This document shows positions 1 through 10,371 of a DNA stretch of 64,000 nucleotides, in pieces. The stretch's first letter is position 1. Each line of letters begins with the position of its first letter. Source of the DNA: an uncultured Pseudomonadales bacterium (lineage in GTDB: Bacteria > Patescibacteriota > Microgenomatia > UBA1400 > PJMF01). The stretch is from positions 55,440 through 119,439 of the forward strand of contig CAZVBO010000002.1 of NCBI GenBank assembly GCA_964625685.1, written 5' to 3'. The notes under the pieces were generated by a model. That model saw nothing but the letters and a program-made list of their open reading frames with translations, was not told the DNA's origin and ran no database searches. A program made the position numbers and the translations under genes.

Positions 1-1144
1 TGTATAGAAAATCCCACTCTGAAACTAAATTGTGTTCCATTGGTCTATCTTTGTAGTAACTATAGGCAAAAGTTTCAACGCCCGATCCGAGCAGAGGATA
101 TCGTTTCCAAACATCAATTGCCCCTTTCCAAACAATCTTTCTAATCTCTCCCGAATCGGTGCCACCCACTTCCAATCTATCAACGGGATTCTGGGTTTGA
201 TCAGTGATCGGTGGCTCTTCGGTTGCTACTTCTTGATGAATAAGCTGAGACACACTGGGAGTATAGGGACTACCAAAGATGAGAATGGGAGTGGCTAAGC
301 CAAGGAATAAAAGACTGATTGATTTCCAAGGTAACATCGACCATTCAAAATGAAGTTTCTTTTTTCTAGAAAGAGCTGACAAGATTACGCCACCGAGGAA
401 CACTCCCAAACCTATTGCTAAGCCCAGAAAACCAGACCGGGATTTGGTAAAGAGAAGGGTTGTGGTCAGAAGAACAGTAATAGCAGCGAAACTTATTTTT
501 TTTATTTTTGAAGGTGAAATGGCACTCAAGGCAATCCCGAGTGGAATCAATACTATAGTATAAGCAGCTAACCAGTTGGGTTGCCCAAAAGTACCAAAAA
601 TTCGGTTTTGAACATCCTGAACCCAGCATGAGACTCCAAAGTTTTTGCCACCACTAATGAGCCAACAACTGGGAGAATGTCCAAAATGCTCAGGCAAAGT
701 GTAGACAGTCACACCGAAAGCACTCGCAAATAAGGTCAACAATAATCCCTTCACTTGGTTGCGACTTAGATTATTAGCTACTACATAATAAAAAGTAGTA
801 TAGGTAATAGTGGAAAGCAGTCCACCATTAAAGCGACCGTAGTAGCCTAGCAGAGAGGTACGTGGATGAATCGAAAAAATGGTTGACAAAATTTGAGATC
901 CTAAAAATAGGAGAATGGGGATATCGAAAGGGGTACGTTTGATTAAAATTTTTTCCTGAATTACCATTCGAGCCAACCAAAAACAAAGGAGGATAGCTAC
1001 TAATCCGTAAGTAACCATCATTTTATTAAACTCGAAAAGCTCATCATTTATCCAGGTAAACGTAAAAGGCAAGATAAAAATCAAAAAATGAGTCAAAACC
1101 AGAATGGTTTTCTGAAAAAATCTATCAAGCTGAGACGACGACAT
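1..1144 (-). CDS. O-antigen ligase/Wzy-like polytopic membrane protein; its 3' end runs off the left edge of the window
   Basis: Continuous reverse-strand reading frame from the ATG (complement of 1142-1144) down to position 1. The translation (MSSSQLDRFFQKTILVLTHFLIFILPFTF...GYYGRFNGGLLSTITYTTFYYVV...) is multi-TM with a large loop, typical of the Wzy_C/O-antigen ligase family. It is absent from the ORF track, probably because it is partial at the edge. Confidence 0.55.
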   Translation of the reverse strand, partial: MSSSQLDRFFQKTILVLTHFLIFILPFTFTWINDELFEFNKMMVTYGLVAILLCFWLARMVIQEKILIKRTPFDIPILLFLGSQILSTIFSIHPRTSLLGYYGRFNGGLLSTITYTTFYYVVANNLSRNQVKGLLLTLFASAFGVTVYTLPEHFGHSPSCWLISGGKNFGVSCWVQDVQNRIFGTFGQPNWLAAYTIVLIPLGIALSAISPSKIKKISFAAITVLLTTTLLFTKSRSGFLGLAIGLGVFLGGVILSALSRKKKLHFEWSMLPWKSISLLFLGLATPILIFGSPYTPSVSQLIHQEVATEEPPITDQTQNPVDRLEVGGTDSGEIRKIVWKGAIDVWKRYPLLGSGVETFAYSYYKDRPMEHNLVSEWDFLY

Positions 1145-1253
1145 ACTATGCAGTATAAGTGATTTAGGAGTAATCAGCTAGCGGTTAATATGGTACTATT
1201 AACAGTAATCCCTTACTAAGTAGAGGAGAGATTGTAAAAGGAGATTTACTCGT

Positions 1254-2024
1254 ATGGATACCAACCTGCCCCAAGATTCCAACATGGCCCCAACTCAACC
1301 GAATACACAGTCAACGAATTCCTATGTGGATTCTTATCAGCCACCTCAGTCATCGGTTGCAACTCCGGCTCCCGCCAGTGAGGCTCCGGTTACTGAACAT
1401 TACCAAACAGATTTTGCTTCACCCAGTCCAGCAGATGTTACCCCGGCTGCTCCTAGTGCTTCAATGCCAGCTGCCACTCCCACTGAAACTCCAGCAGTGA
1501 CCCCAGAACCAGTCTCAGCTACTTCTTCAACCCCAGCTTCGGCAACTCCAGTGAGTCCAAGCACTGAATCTGGTTCTTCTGAAACTCTGGAAGACCAAAA
1601 TATTTTCTTCTTATTAGGAGTAGAAGATGGAACGGAAGAAGAAAAAGAGTCATTTTTGGATGAATTGCAACAAGTTATTTGGGAAGATTTCTTAGAGAGT
1701 GATGTTGAGCTGTTAATTACCCAAGAAGAATTGACAGAGCTCAAAAAATTAATGGATAAGACGGATGTTTCAGAAGATCAAAAGCAAGAAGAAATTATTA
1801 CCTATTTAGAAAAACTCATTCCTGATTTAGAAGAAATCATGTTGGAAAAGGCCTTACAATTGAAAGAAGACATGGTGCGGGAACGAATTGTTGGAATGAA
1901 AGAGTACTTTGAAGGACAATCCGAAAAATTGTCAGCCATTGACGAAGCCGAAAGTCTGATCCAGAATGACAAATGGAGACAGGCTGCGGAAAAACTCAAC
2001 CACTTATTGCCGCCTGCTGAATAA
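1254..2024 (+). CDS. Hypothetical protein: Pro/Thr/Ser/Ala-rich low-complexity N-terminal half, acidic helical (coiled-coil-like) C-terminal half
   Basis: ORF of 256 aa lying immediately upstream of and co-directional with mreB-like; compositionally biased; no recognisable catalytic motif. Confidence 0.45.
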   Translation: MDTNLPQDSNMAPTQPNTQSTNSYVDSYQPPQSSVATPAPASEAPVTEHYQTDFASPSPADVTPAAPSASMPAATPTETPAVTPEPVSATSSTPASATPVSPSTESGSSETLEDQNIFFLLGVEDGTEEEKESFLDELQQVIWEDFLESDVELLITQEELTELKKLMDKTDVSEDQKQEEIITYLEKLIPDLEEIMLEKALQLKEDMVRERIVGMKEYFEGQSEKLSAIDEAESLIQNDKWRQAAEKLNHLLPPAE

Positions 2025-2030
2025 TTTTGT

Positions 2031-3044
2031 ATGAGCCGATTTAGTTACTTGGTTTCAAAATTGGTGTCTTTGACCCCGTTGAAAGTAGTTCATTTGGGTG
2101 TGGATTTGGGTTCTTTTAAGACACGAGTCATGGTAGGACGCAAGTTAGTATTTGATGAGCCTACCTGTATTGCTGTTCATGATTCGACTAAAGAAGTGGT
2201 GGCAGTTGGTAGTAAAGCTTTTTCATTATTGGGTCGAACGGCACCCTCAATTCAAGTAGTTTTTCCCCTGGAAAGAGATGCAATTCATAATCGTACTTTA
2301 CTGAAACTGTTTTTACAGGAGGTTTTGAAAAAAATAGAACCAGCCCCAGTTGTACGATTCCAAGCTAAAGTAGCTATTCCTTTAAGTTTGAGTTCGTCTC
2401 ATCAAACTGTTTTAGGGGGAATTTTTAAAGATTTAGGAGGCGATCAAGTTGAGTTTATTCACCGTGGCCAAGCTGTTTATCAGTCACTGTTACATCAAAA
2501 GAAGATTGGGGCTACCGGGTGTATCTTGATTATGGGGAATGGTTCCACTGACATCATGTTGCTGGCACAGGGAGAAGAATTGGCACAAAAATCTATTTTA
2601 GTAGGGGGACTTGATTACACTCAAGCGATCATCAAAACTATTCGTCAACAATATCATGTGGAGATTGGTTTACAACCCGCTTATTCAATTCGAGATGAAA
2701 TAGGGAGTATTAGTCAACGAAATCTCAAAAAACATACTACTGTGGTTAGAGGAAAGGACCTAGTCAGTTGTTTGCCGGTTACTTTGACTGTTACGGCTAG
2801 CGATTTTGAGGCAGAGTTTCAAAAGCTCACTCAAGAAATTACTCATCAAATTTTAGGACTCTTTAGTACTTTATCATCAGAATTGGTAAATGAAATTGTA
2901 GAAAGCGGTATTATTTTAACTGGTGGATCAAGTCAAATATTGGGGCTTGAAAATGTACTAACTGACGCACTTCATTGTAAAGTCAGTAAGATGCCTCAGT
3001 CAGAGTATGATGTAGTAAGGGGATTAGCCTATGCGTTGGGATAA
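2031..3044 (+). CDS. mreB: Actin-like ATPase, divergent MreB-like rod-shape protein
   Basis: Motifs GVDLGSFKTRV (phosphate-1-like), VVAVGSKAFSLLGRTAPSIQVVFPLERDAIHN (parallels MreB VAAVGxxAKxMLGRTPGNIxAIRPMKDGVIAD) and IILTGGSSQILGLENVL (MreB LTGGGALL); followed by mreC/mreD/PBP2. Confidence 0.7.
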   Translation: MSRFSYLVSKLVSLTPLKVVHLGVDLGSFKTRVMVGRKLVFDEPTCIAVHDSTKEVVAVGSKAFSLLGRTAPSIQVVFPLERDAIHNRTLLKLFLQEVLKKIEPAPVVRFQAKVAIPLSLSSSHQTVLGGIFKDLGGDQVEFIHRGQAVYQSLLHQKKIGATGCILIMGNGSTDIMLLAQGEELAQKSILVGGLDYTQAIIKTIRQQYHVEIGLQPAYSIRDEIGSISQRNLKKHTTVVRGKDLVSCLPVTLTVTASDFEAEFQKLTQEITHQILGLFSTLSSELVNEIVESGIILTGGSSQILGLENVLTDALHCKVSKMPQSEYDVVRGLAYALG

Positions 3045-3816
3045 TCATGACCGGTTAGTGTTTCCTAGATCCTATTTGAGTGTTTTGCTCGTTATTTTTA
3101 TTGCTGGAGTGTTACAGTTTGTAAATCTGGATCAACCTCTACGACAAGGTGGAGAAAAATTACTCTTACCATTACAAACCCAAACCGCTCGATTAGCCCG
3201 TTGGTTACTCGAACCCTATCAACTTTTTCAAAATGCATATCAAGCTAGTAATAAAATTGAAGATCTAGAGCTTCGATACTCTGAGGCCTTAGCCCAACTG
3301 GGAGAAATGAATGCTCTCAAAGAGGAAAATGAGGCTTTACGAGCTTTAGTGGAGAACACTGATCGGAAACTAACGCAGAATCTCATCTCCACGCCCATTA
3401 TTGCTTATGGTCAGCCTTCTATTGGCAGTGGGAGCCAAGAGGGAGTGATGGAAGGAGATTTAGTTTTATCTGCTCAGACGCTGGTGGGTCGAATTGGTAA
3501 AATATCAGATCATCAAGCTTTAGTAATTTTACTTTCTAGTGAAGAGACCCAACCAATTTTAGTGAAAACTGAACAGAATATAGAAGGAATTATCATTGGT
3601 GATGGCAAACATATTGTCTTAACTGAGATTCCAAGCGATGTTGAACTACAGCTTCAAGAACGAGTGGTGACTGCTGGTCAAGAAGGGATTCAAAAAGATA
3701 TTTTTGTAGGCAAAATTAGCTATATCAAAAAAGATCCTGCTTCCTCGACCCAGCAAGCCTATATTGAGCAGTTAGTTTCATTCTATGACTCTCGAATAGT
3801 GGAGGTAGTGAAATGA
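3031..3816 (+). CDS. mreC: Rod shape-determining protein MreC
   Basis: N-terminal TM segment, coiled-coil segment (EDLELRYSEALAQLGEMNALKEENEALRAL), C-terminal beta domain; position between mreB and mreD; 14-nt overlap with mreB. Confidence 0.7.
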   Translation: MRWDNHDRLVFPRSYLSVLLVIFIAGVLQFVNLDQPLRQGGEKLLLPLQTQTARLARWLLEPYQLFQNAYQASNKIEDLELRYSEALAQLGEMNALKEENEALRALVENTDRKLTQNLISTPIIAYGQPSIGSGSQEGVMEGDLVLSAQTLVGRIGKISDHQALVILLSSEETQPILVKTEQNIEGIIIGDGKHIVLTEIPSDVELQLQERVVTAGQEGIQKDIFVGKISYIKKDPASSTQQAYIEQLVSFYDSRIVEVVK

Positions 3817-4274
3817 ACGTCTGGTTGAAGAAAATATTGGAATTTAGTGGATTATTAGTTCTTTTGTCTTTAGAACATGCTTTTGGTTTACCTATTGCTT
3901 TTTTGATGGGACTATTTTTAGTAACAGCAGATATGTCCTCAGAGTTACGACTCTGGAGCAGTTTGGGATGGGGAATACCACTAGGTTTAATCTATGTACT
4001 TCCCTTTTGGCAGGCAATGGTGATTCTAGTAGGTGGCATCTTTTTATATGAATGGCTATCTAAATTTATGTCAGGAGAAATTCGTCGATTAATGGTAGTA
4101 GCAGGAATCCAAACCATCAGCTTGTGGGTGTTGACTTCATTCTCCGTCAATTGGGTGACAGTCAGTTATCATGGAGCAATTTTAGTGGGGACGACACTGC
4201 TTATTTTTTTGAGTCGTTTATGGAAGTATCGAAGTGGCAGCATTGGTTTCTCTCAAAGGTATAGGTTAAAATAG
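3813..4274 (+). CDS. mreD: Rod shape-determining protein MreD (small polytopic membrane protein)
   Basis: 153 aa, 4-5 hydrophobic helices, ATGA-style overlap with mreC, precedes PBP2. Confidence 0.55.
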   Translation: MNVWLKKILEFSGLLVLLSLEHAFGLPIAFLMGLFLVTADMSSELRLWSSLGWGIPLGLIYVLPFWQAMVILVGGIFLYEWLSKFMSGEIRRLMVVAGIQTISLWVLTSFSVNWVTVSYHGAILVGTTLLIFLSRLWKYRSGSIGFSQRYRLK

Positions 4275-4278
4275 GGTA

Positions 4279-6117
4279 ATGTTAAAAAAAATTTTTCCTC
4301 AGCAATGGGCGTTTCGACTCTACGTTTTTGGGTTAGCCCTGTTGGTCAGCTTTTTAGCGGTTCGGTTGGTGGATGTACAATTAGTCCGAGGAGAGACTTT
4401 TCTTAATCGAGCAGATAATAATCGATTTTTTGTGATGCCAGTGCTCGCATCTCGAGGTATTTTTTTGGACAGATATAATCAGCCATTAGTCCTCAATAAA
4501 AAGCAGTATTATCAACTTGAATCTCCCACCGCTTTATATTCGCAAATGACTCCTCTAGATTCTACTCAGGCGTTGAATGCTATAGCGAGTGATTCAAGTC
4601 GTGTCACTTCTCAGGAACAACGTAATTATCTCCATCCGACGGTACTATCTCCAGTATTAGGTTATGTGGGGAGCGTAACTGCTGAAGACTTAGAACAAAA
4701 CTCAAATTTATTACCCACCTCACTCATTGGAAAATCTGGATTAGAATTGAAGTTTAATGATCGCTTAATGGGCAAGAACGGGAGTACCTATTTTGAAATC
4801 AATGCAAATGGGGAACGGCAACGAGTTATTCGAAAAGTTGAACCAATTGCTGGGGAGAATATCCAAACTACTTTGGATCCTTATTTATCAGAAATTGCCT
4901 ATCAAGCTTTAGGAGACCAGCGAGGAAGTGTCATTATTGCCGATGCCAGTAATGGTCAAATTTTAACTTTACTCAGCAAACCCACTTTTGATGACAATAT
5001 CATGAGTACTCCTTATGCCGACCCAGAACAGGAAAAAGCACGAAAGAATGTAGTTAACGCGTGGTTCAATGATCCTTTAAAACCGTTTTTTAATCGAGCC
5101 ATTGGGGGGGCTTATCCACCAGGGTCAGTTTTTAAAATTGTGACCGCTCTAGCTGGCTTGGAAAATGAGAAGTTGACCGCTGATACTACCGTGACTGACG
5201 AAGGGAGTCTAGAAGTAGGCGATTATGAATACCGATCATGGTACTACTGGGGTTATGGCCGAGTAGAGGGGGAAATTAATGTGGTCGAAGCCTTAGCTCG
5301 AAGTAATGACATTTTCTTTTATAAAACAGCGGAATGGGTTGGGCCTGATTTATTAGCAGCCATGGCTCGTTCCTTTGGTTTCGGGCGGAAAGTTGGGATT
5401 GATTTAGCAGGTGAAGCAGCTGGGTTGGTGCCTGATCCGGCCTGGAAAGAACAGGCCACCGGAGAACAATGGTATCTAGGCAATACGTATCATTTTGGAA
5501 TTGGGCAAGGGGACCTGACGGTTACTCCGTTGCAGGTGAACCAGATGATTCAAACAGTGGGGAATAACGGTACGATGTGTACGCCCACACTGACCATTCA
5601 AGAAGGGAATAACTGTCATGAGATTGGAATTCAAGAACAGAATTTAAATTTGGTATTAGAAGGATTACTTGATGTGTGTTCGCCAGGGGGGACTGCTTTT
5701 CCTTTTTTCTCCTATAACGAAGCGGTAACTACTCCAGAGGCAGATGTGAAGGAGAGTTTGGCCAATGGAGCGGTAGCTTGTAAAACTGGAACTGCTGAGT
5801 GGGGTGAGGTAGATGAGAAAGGTTATCGAAAAACTCATGGTTGGTGGGTGGGAATTGTACCCGTTTCTCACGATAGAGTGATGAATACACTTCCCGAGAG
5901 TTGTCAGAATGAGGTTGAAGCTTCTAGTAATGATCTGCCGACTCCTTGTTCACTCCGTTCTGCTTGGTTGGATCAAGTGAAACAGCATGATTTTCCTTCT
6001 AGAGTGGTGATTACAGTCTTGGTAGAAAGCGATGAGACTGACCCTTATAAGGAAGGATCTGAGGATGCTGCTCCAGTTGGCAAACAAATTGTGGATTGGA
6101 TGATGGGTCAAATCTAG
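4279..6117 (+). CDS. mrdA: Penicillin-binding protein 2 (peptidoglycan D,D-transpeptidase of the elongasome)
   Basis: N-terminal TM anchor; transpeptidase active-site motifs SVFK (SxxK) and KTGTA (KTG); the SxN motif is less clear (SND is the nearest match); context mreBCD. Confidence 0.8.
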   Translation: MLKKIFPQQWAFRLYVFGLALLVSFLAVRLVDVQLVRGETFLNRADNNRFFVMPVLASRGIFLDRYNQPLVLNKKQYYQLESPTALYSQMTPLDSTQALNAIASDSSRVTSQEQRNYLHPTVLSPVLGYVGSVTAEDLEQNSNLLPTSLIGKSGLELKFNDRLMGKNGSTYFEINANGERQRVIRKVEPIAGENIQTTLDPYLSEIAYQALGDQRGSVIIADASNGQILTLLSKPTFDDNIMSTPYADPEQEKARKNVVNAWFNDPLKPFFNRAIGGAYPPGSVFKIVTALAGLENEKLTADTTVTDEGSLEVGDYEYRSWYYWGYGRVEGEINVVEALARSNDIFFYKTAEWVGPDLLAAMARSFGFGRKVGIDLAGEAAGLVPDPAWKEQATGEQWYLGNTYHFGIGQGDLTVTPLQVNQMIQTVGNNGTMCTPTLTIQEGNNCHEIGIQEQNLNLVLEGLLDVCSPGGTAFPFFSYNEAVTTPEADVKESLANGAVACKTGTAEWGEVDEKGYRKTHGWWVGIVPVSHDRVMNTLPESCQNEVEASSNDLPTPCSLRSAWLDQVKQHDFPSRVVITVLVESDETDPYKEGSEDAAPVGKQIVDWMMGQI

Positions 6118-6159
6118 ATTTCACTTAAAAGACACTTTTCTATCGTATATTTCCATGTT

Positions 6160-7329
6160 ATGGAATGGTGGAAAAAAGTGACCTATGACGACAAAAGAGT
6201 CTTAACTGCTCTATTATCTTGTGATGGGATTGGTCCCAAAACCATTGAGCATTTGCTGAATTTTCTGTGGCAAAGTCATTTCGCATTGATGGAATTTTGG
6301 GATGAACCCAAACTATGTTCGGATAATTTTCGTTTGTCAGAACGACAACTGATAGGGATTGAGAATTTTAAAAAAAAATACTCAATACATAATTATTTAA
6401 ATGAATTATCAGATAAAAATATTAAAGTAATTTTTCCTGATGAACTATTGTACCCGCCACTTTTACAGCAAATTCCCGATTACCCTGTGATGCTATTTGT
6501 GAAAGGTAATTTGGATTTTATTCATGATTTCCCCATAGCGGTAGTAGGGAGTCGAAGTATGACTGAATATGGTCAAATGGCGACCGATCTGATTGTGAGC
6601 CAACTGGTTAGTGTGGGAGCTCAGATTATTTCAGGAGGTATGTATGGGATTGACACTCAAGCACATCAGTCCTGTCTAAAATATGGTGGACCAACAGTCT
6701 GCGTTTTAGGATACGGTTTTGATTATGCTTATCCAGAAACCCACCAATTATTTTTTGAGGAATTGCTTCAACAGGGAGGCACCATTCTGACTGAATTTGC
6801 ACCAACTGTGTCACCTAAACCAGGGAATTTTCCTCGAAGGAACCGAATTGTAGCCGGGATGAGTTTAGGTACGGTGGTCATTGAAGCAGCTAAAAAAAGT
6901 GGTAGTCAAATTACAGCCAGATTGGCTGCAGAATATGGACGAGAGGTTTTTGCTGTACCTGGAAGTATTACTAATCCTTACACAGAAGGCACCAAAATTC
7001 TGATCAATGAAGGGGCAAAACTCGTCAGTTCCGCCACCGACATTCTAGAAGAACTGCACCAGCACTACACTTCTTTACCTGTTTTTGATTCTCATAAAAA
7101 TGTACTCAGTTTGCCAACAAAAAATGATCAAATAGAACAAAAAAATTTACCGGAATTTAGTTCTGATCACCACAAACAGCTCTTTGTGATACTCAAATCC
7201 CAATCGCACACTACGGATGAATTGTGTCAGATGTTACAATTACCCTTTGTCCAATTGAGCCCGTTATTAACCGAGTTGGAGCTTGAAGGCTTAATCGAAA
7301 ACAGGGGCGAAGTGTGGCAGTGTAAATAG
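6160..7329 (+). CDS. dprA: DNA processing protein DprA (Smf family)
   Basis: Rossmann-like core (VVGSRSMTEYGQMATDLIVSQL...ISGGMYGIDTQAHQSCL...VLGYGFDYAYP) and C-terminal winged-helix-like tail; classic dprA-topA adjacency. Confidence 0.8.
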   Translation: MEWWKKVTYDDKRVLTALLSCDGIGPKTIEHLLNFLWQSHFALMEFWDEPKLCSDNFRLSERQLIGIENFKKKYSIHNYLNELSDKNIKVIFPDELLYPPLLQQIPDYPVMLFVKGNLDFIHDFPIAVVGSRSMTEYGQMATDLIVSQLVSVGAQIISGGMYGIDTQAHQSCLKYGGPTVCVLGYGFDYAYPETHQLFFEELLQQGGTILTEFAPTVSPKPGNFPRRNRIVAGMSLGTVVIEAAKKSGSQITARLAAEYGREVFAVPGSITNPYTEGTKILINEGAKLVSSATDILEELHQHYTSLPVFDSHKNVLSLPTKNDQIEQKNLPEFSSDHHKQLFVILKSQSHTTDELCQMLQLPFVQLSPLLTELELEGLIENRGEVWQCK

Positions 7330-7366
7330 TGTACAATGAAACATTGTGACGAGGAAAAGGAAAGTT

Positions 7367-9562
7367 ATGAAGTTAGTTATTGTAGAATCACCAACTAAAG
7401 CCAAAAAATTAAAAGAATACTTGGGAAGAGATTTTCATATTGAGGCTTCGGTAGGACATGTGCGTGATTTGCCCAAGAAAAATTTGGGCATTGATATTGA
7501 ACATAATTTTGAACCCACGTATGAAGTCAGTGCTGATAAGAAAAAAGTGGTTTCTCAATTAAAAAAACTTTCTAAAACTGCTGATACGGTTTATCTGGCA
7601 ATGGACCCTGATCGCGAGGGGGAAGCCATTGCTTGGCATATTGAGCAACTACTGGGCAAGAAAAAGTTTTTGAGAGCTACCTTTCATGAAATCACCAAAT
7701 CAGCTGTTCAGGAAGCTATCAGTCATCCTGGTGAACTAAACATGAGTCTAGTTGATGCGCAACAGGCTCGTCGAGTTTTAGATCGATTAGTGGGGTATCA
7801 AATTTCACCGGTACTCTGGAAAAAAATCCGTCGTGGCTTATCAGCTGGTCGGGTTCAGTCAGTTGCCTTGAGATTAATTGTCGAGCGAGAGCGAGAAATT
7901 GCCGCTTTTGTCCCAGAAGAATATTGGGAAGTCGATGTATTATTGGCAGTGACAGAACAAGCTTTTTCTAGACAAAAAAAGAAACCAACTGAAAAACCGG
8001 GCTGGTTGGAAACCACACCGGCTGAAATGTTGGTGGGGAGAGTGATTGAAGTCAATCAAAAAAAGTACGAACCAAAAAAAGAAGAACAGGTAACAGATTT
8101 ATTACAAGCTTTGGAAAAAGCAAGTTATCAAGTGCAATCAGTCGAGCGAAAAGAGAGAAAACGCTCACCTTTTGCTCCTTTTACCACTTCAACTCTTCAA
8201 CAAGGAGCTGCCAATAAATTAGGTTTTACGAGTAAACAGACCATGACTTTGGCTCAACAACTCTATGAAGAAGGACTTATTACTTATCATCGAACAGATT
8301 CGGTGAACCTTTCAACTCAGGCTATTGGTACTGCTCGGGGGTTGATTCAACAGCAGTATGGTGAAAAATACCTGCCAGGGAAACCCAACTACTATAGTGC
8401 CAAATCAAAAAATGCCCAAGAAGCTCATGAAGCAATCCGTGTAACTGATCTTTCGATTGTTAAGGATGCCATTTTAGCCAAAAGTAGTAAGTACACGCCC
8501 AATCATGTAAAGTTATATGATTTGATCTGGCGGCGATTTGTTGCCAGCCAGATGACCGATGCCATCTATGATGGGACAACAATTACGACGCAGGCCAAAT
8601 TTACTGATTCTAACCTGAAGTCAGCAACCTTGAGAACCACAGGCTCAGTTTTAAAATTTGACGGTTGGATGAAACTCTTTCCTGGTGGAGAGGATAATTT
8701 ATTGCCTGAGGTTTCAGTAGATCAATCACTTCACTTCGAAGATCTTCATGGAGCTCAAAAATTTACGCAACCTCCAGCACGTTACAATGATGCCTCTTTG
8801 GTCAAAGAATTGGAAAAACGAGGCATTGGGCGACCCAGTACCTATGCCTCTATTATTTCTGTCTTGGAAGCTCGTGGCTATGTAACCCGCGATAAAAAAC
8901 GTTTTATCGCTTCTCCAGTAGGAATGACCGTCACCGATTTTTTGAATGACCACTTTGCGGAAATTATGGATTATGATTTTACTGCTGAAATGGAGGAAGA
9001 CTTAGATCGGGTTTCTCGTGGTGAAAAGGACTGGCGCAAAATTGTTAAAGAATTTTATGGTCCCTTTGAAAAACAAATTGACACGGTAATTGATAAAGCA
9101 GATCGAGTTCAAATTCCAGTAGAGAAGACAGGTGAAAAATGTCCTGACTGTTTGGAGAGACTAAAGAAAGGCGAAATCAATGAATCGGAAGTAGGTGAAG
9201 TAGTTATCCGATCTGGCCGGTTTGGCAAATTCAAGAGTTGTAGCCGATTTCCAGAATGTAAATATACGGAAAATATTGTCGAAACAGTGCCTGGCGTCAA
9301 GTGTCCACTCTGTGGAAAAGGCGATGTGATTGCTCGTAACACTCGCTGGGGAAGACAGTTCTATGGATGTAGTGAATATCCCAAATGTGATTGGGCCAGT
9401 TGGACTCCACCTAAACCCGGTGACAAAATTACACCAGCAGAGTGGAAGAAACAACAAGCGGCTCGAGCTGAGCGCAATGCTAAACGTAAAGCCACGATGG
9501 AAGCAAGGTATGGGAAATCAAAAGCTGGAAAACCAAAAGTAAAAAGCAAAAAAAAGAGTTGA
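7367..9562 (+). CDS. topA: DNA topoisomerase I
   Basis: TOPRIM N-terminus (MKLVIVESPTKAKKL...LAMDPDREGEAIAWH); active-site tyrosine region (YHRTDS-like: ITYHRTDSV); multiple C-terminal C4 zinc ribbons; Lys-rich tail. The ORF track starts at 7346, but an AGGAAA ribosome-binding site sits before the ATG at 7367. Confidence 0.88.
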   Translation: MKLVIVESPTKAKKLKEYLGRDFHIEASVGHVRDLPKKNLGIDIEHNFEPTYEVSADKKKVVSQLKKLSKTADTVYLAMDPDREGEAIAWHIEQLLGKKKFLRATFHEITKSAVQEAISHPGELNMSLVDAQQARRVLDRLVGYQISPVLWKKIRRGLSAGRVQSVALRLIVEREREIAAFVPEEYWEVDVLLAVTEQAFSRQKKKPTEKPGWLETTPAEMLVGRVIEVNQKKYEPKKEEQVTDLLQALEKASYQVQSVERKERKRSPFAPFTTSTLQQGAANKLGFTSKQTMTLAQQLYEEGLITYHRTDSVNLSTQAIGTARGLIQQQYGEKYLPGKPNYYSAKSKNAQEAHEAIRVTDLSIVKDAILAKSSKYTPNHVKLYDLIWRRFVASQMTDAIYDGTTITTQAKFTDSNLKSATLRTTGSVLKFDGWMKLFPGGEDNLLPEVSVDQSLHFEDLHGAQKFTQPPARYNDASLVKELEKRGIGRPSTYASIISVLEARGYVTRDKKRFIASPVGMTVTDFLNDHFAEIMDYDFTAEMEEDLDRVSRGEKDWRKIVKEFYGPFEKQIDTVIDKADRVQIPVEKTGEKCPDCLERLKKGEINESEVGEVVIRSGRFGKFKSCSRFPECKYTENIVETVPGVKCPLCGKGDVIARNTRWGRQFYGCSEYPKCDWASWTPPKPGDKITPAEWKKQQAARAERNAKRKATMEARYGKSKAGKPKVKSKKKS

Positions 9563-9636
9563 AAGAATAAAGTTACTAGTTACTGGTAATTGGAACTTGT
9601 TTGGATTTTGATATTTTTTATTAATCGAGTTTAACT

Positions 9637-10200
9637 ATGTCAAAAATTGCGCTTTTCGGTGGAGCGTTTGATCCGCCACATTTAGGTCACCAGGCTGTAA
9701 CAGCAGCTTTACTGGAAAAACAACTGGTAGATGAGGTCTGGTATGTACCAGTATTTCAGCATCCTTGGGCAGATAAATTGGGTAAACACCACATTTCAGA
9801 TTATCAGCAACGGGTCGAAATGCTGGAACTGATCACACAAAAAGGCAGCAGAGTTGCTCATTTTAAAGATGTCAGCTTTACCTATCCGACACTGCTTTAT
9901 TTTTCCCAAAAATACCCCGAATATAAATTTTGGTGGGTGATGGGTTCCGAATATTTGTCAAAGTTTAATCTCTTTTTGGAAGGTCACCCCAAACTAGTAG
10001 ACTTTCCATTTTTTATTTATCCTCGAGCAGGGTTTCCGATGAAACCTCTCTATGAAAATATGATCCCGGTTGAAGGAGTACAAGAAGTAACGATTGCTTC
10101 CACTCAAATTCGAGAAGCAGTCAAACAAGGGAATTCCATTTATGGTTTAGTAGACCCTCAGGTCAAAGCCTATCTTGACTCACATCAACTCTACTTATAG
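9637..10200 (+). CDS. nadD: Nicotinate-nucleotide adenylyltransferase
   Basis: N-terminal IALFGGAFDPPHLGH (the (H/T)xGH nucleotidyltransferase motif); 187 aa, typical NadD size. Confidence 0.8.
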   Translation: MSKIALFGGAFDPPHLGHQAVTAALLEKQLVDEVWYVPVFQHPWADKLGKHHISDYQQRVEMLELITQKGSRVAHFKDVSFTYPTLLYFSQKYPEYKFWWVMGSEYLSKFNLFLEGHPKLVDFPFFIYPRAGFPMKPLYENMIPVEGVQEVTIASTQIREAVKQGNSIYGLVDPQVKAYLDSHQLYL

Positions 10201-10371
10201 AGTGAGCTATATTAGTAAACTTAAAGACAGTTATGGATCAATTCATTATTTCTGCAATTTTGTCATTAACGGTGGTAGCGGGGATTGCTTCACTTTGGAC
10301 TCCTATTTCCAGTTTGGGAAGGTTGCTTTTTAAGTATCTCCAGAAACTTATTTCAGGACCAATTAACATGG

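Noticed and set aside
1400-1744. Reverse-strand ORF (114 aa) inside the Pro/Thr-rich gene at 1254-2024
   Set aside because: It is antisense to a compositionally biased coding region. Ala/Gly/Val-rich antisense frames arise trivially from Pro/Thr/Ser-rich sense frames, and it has no start context.
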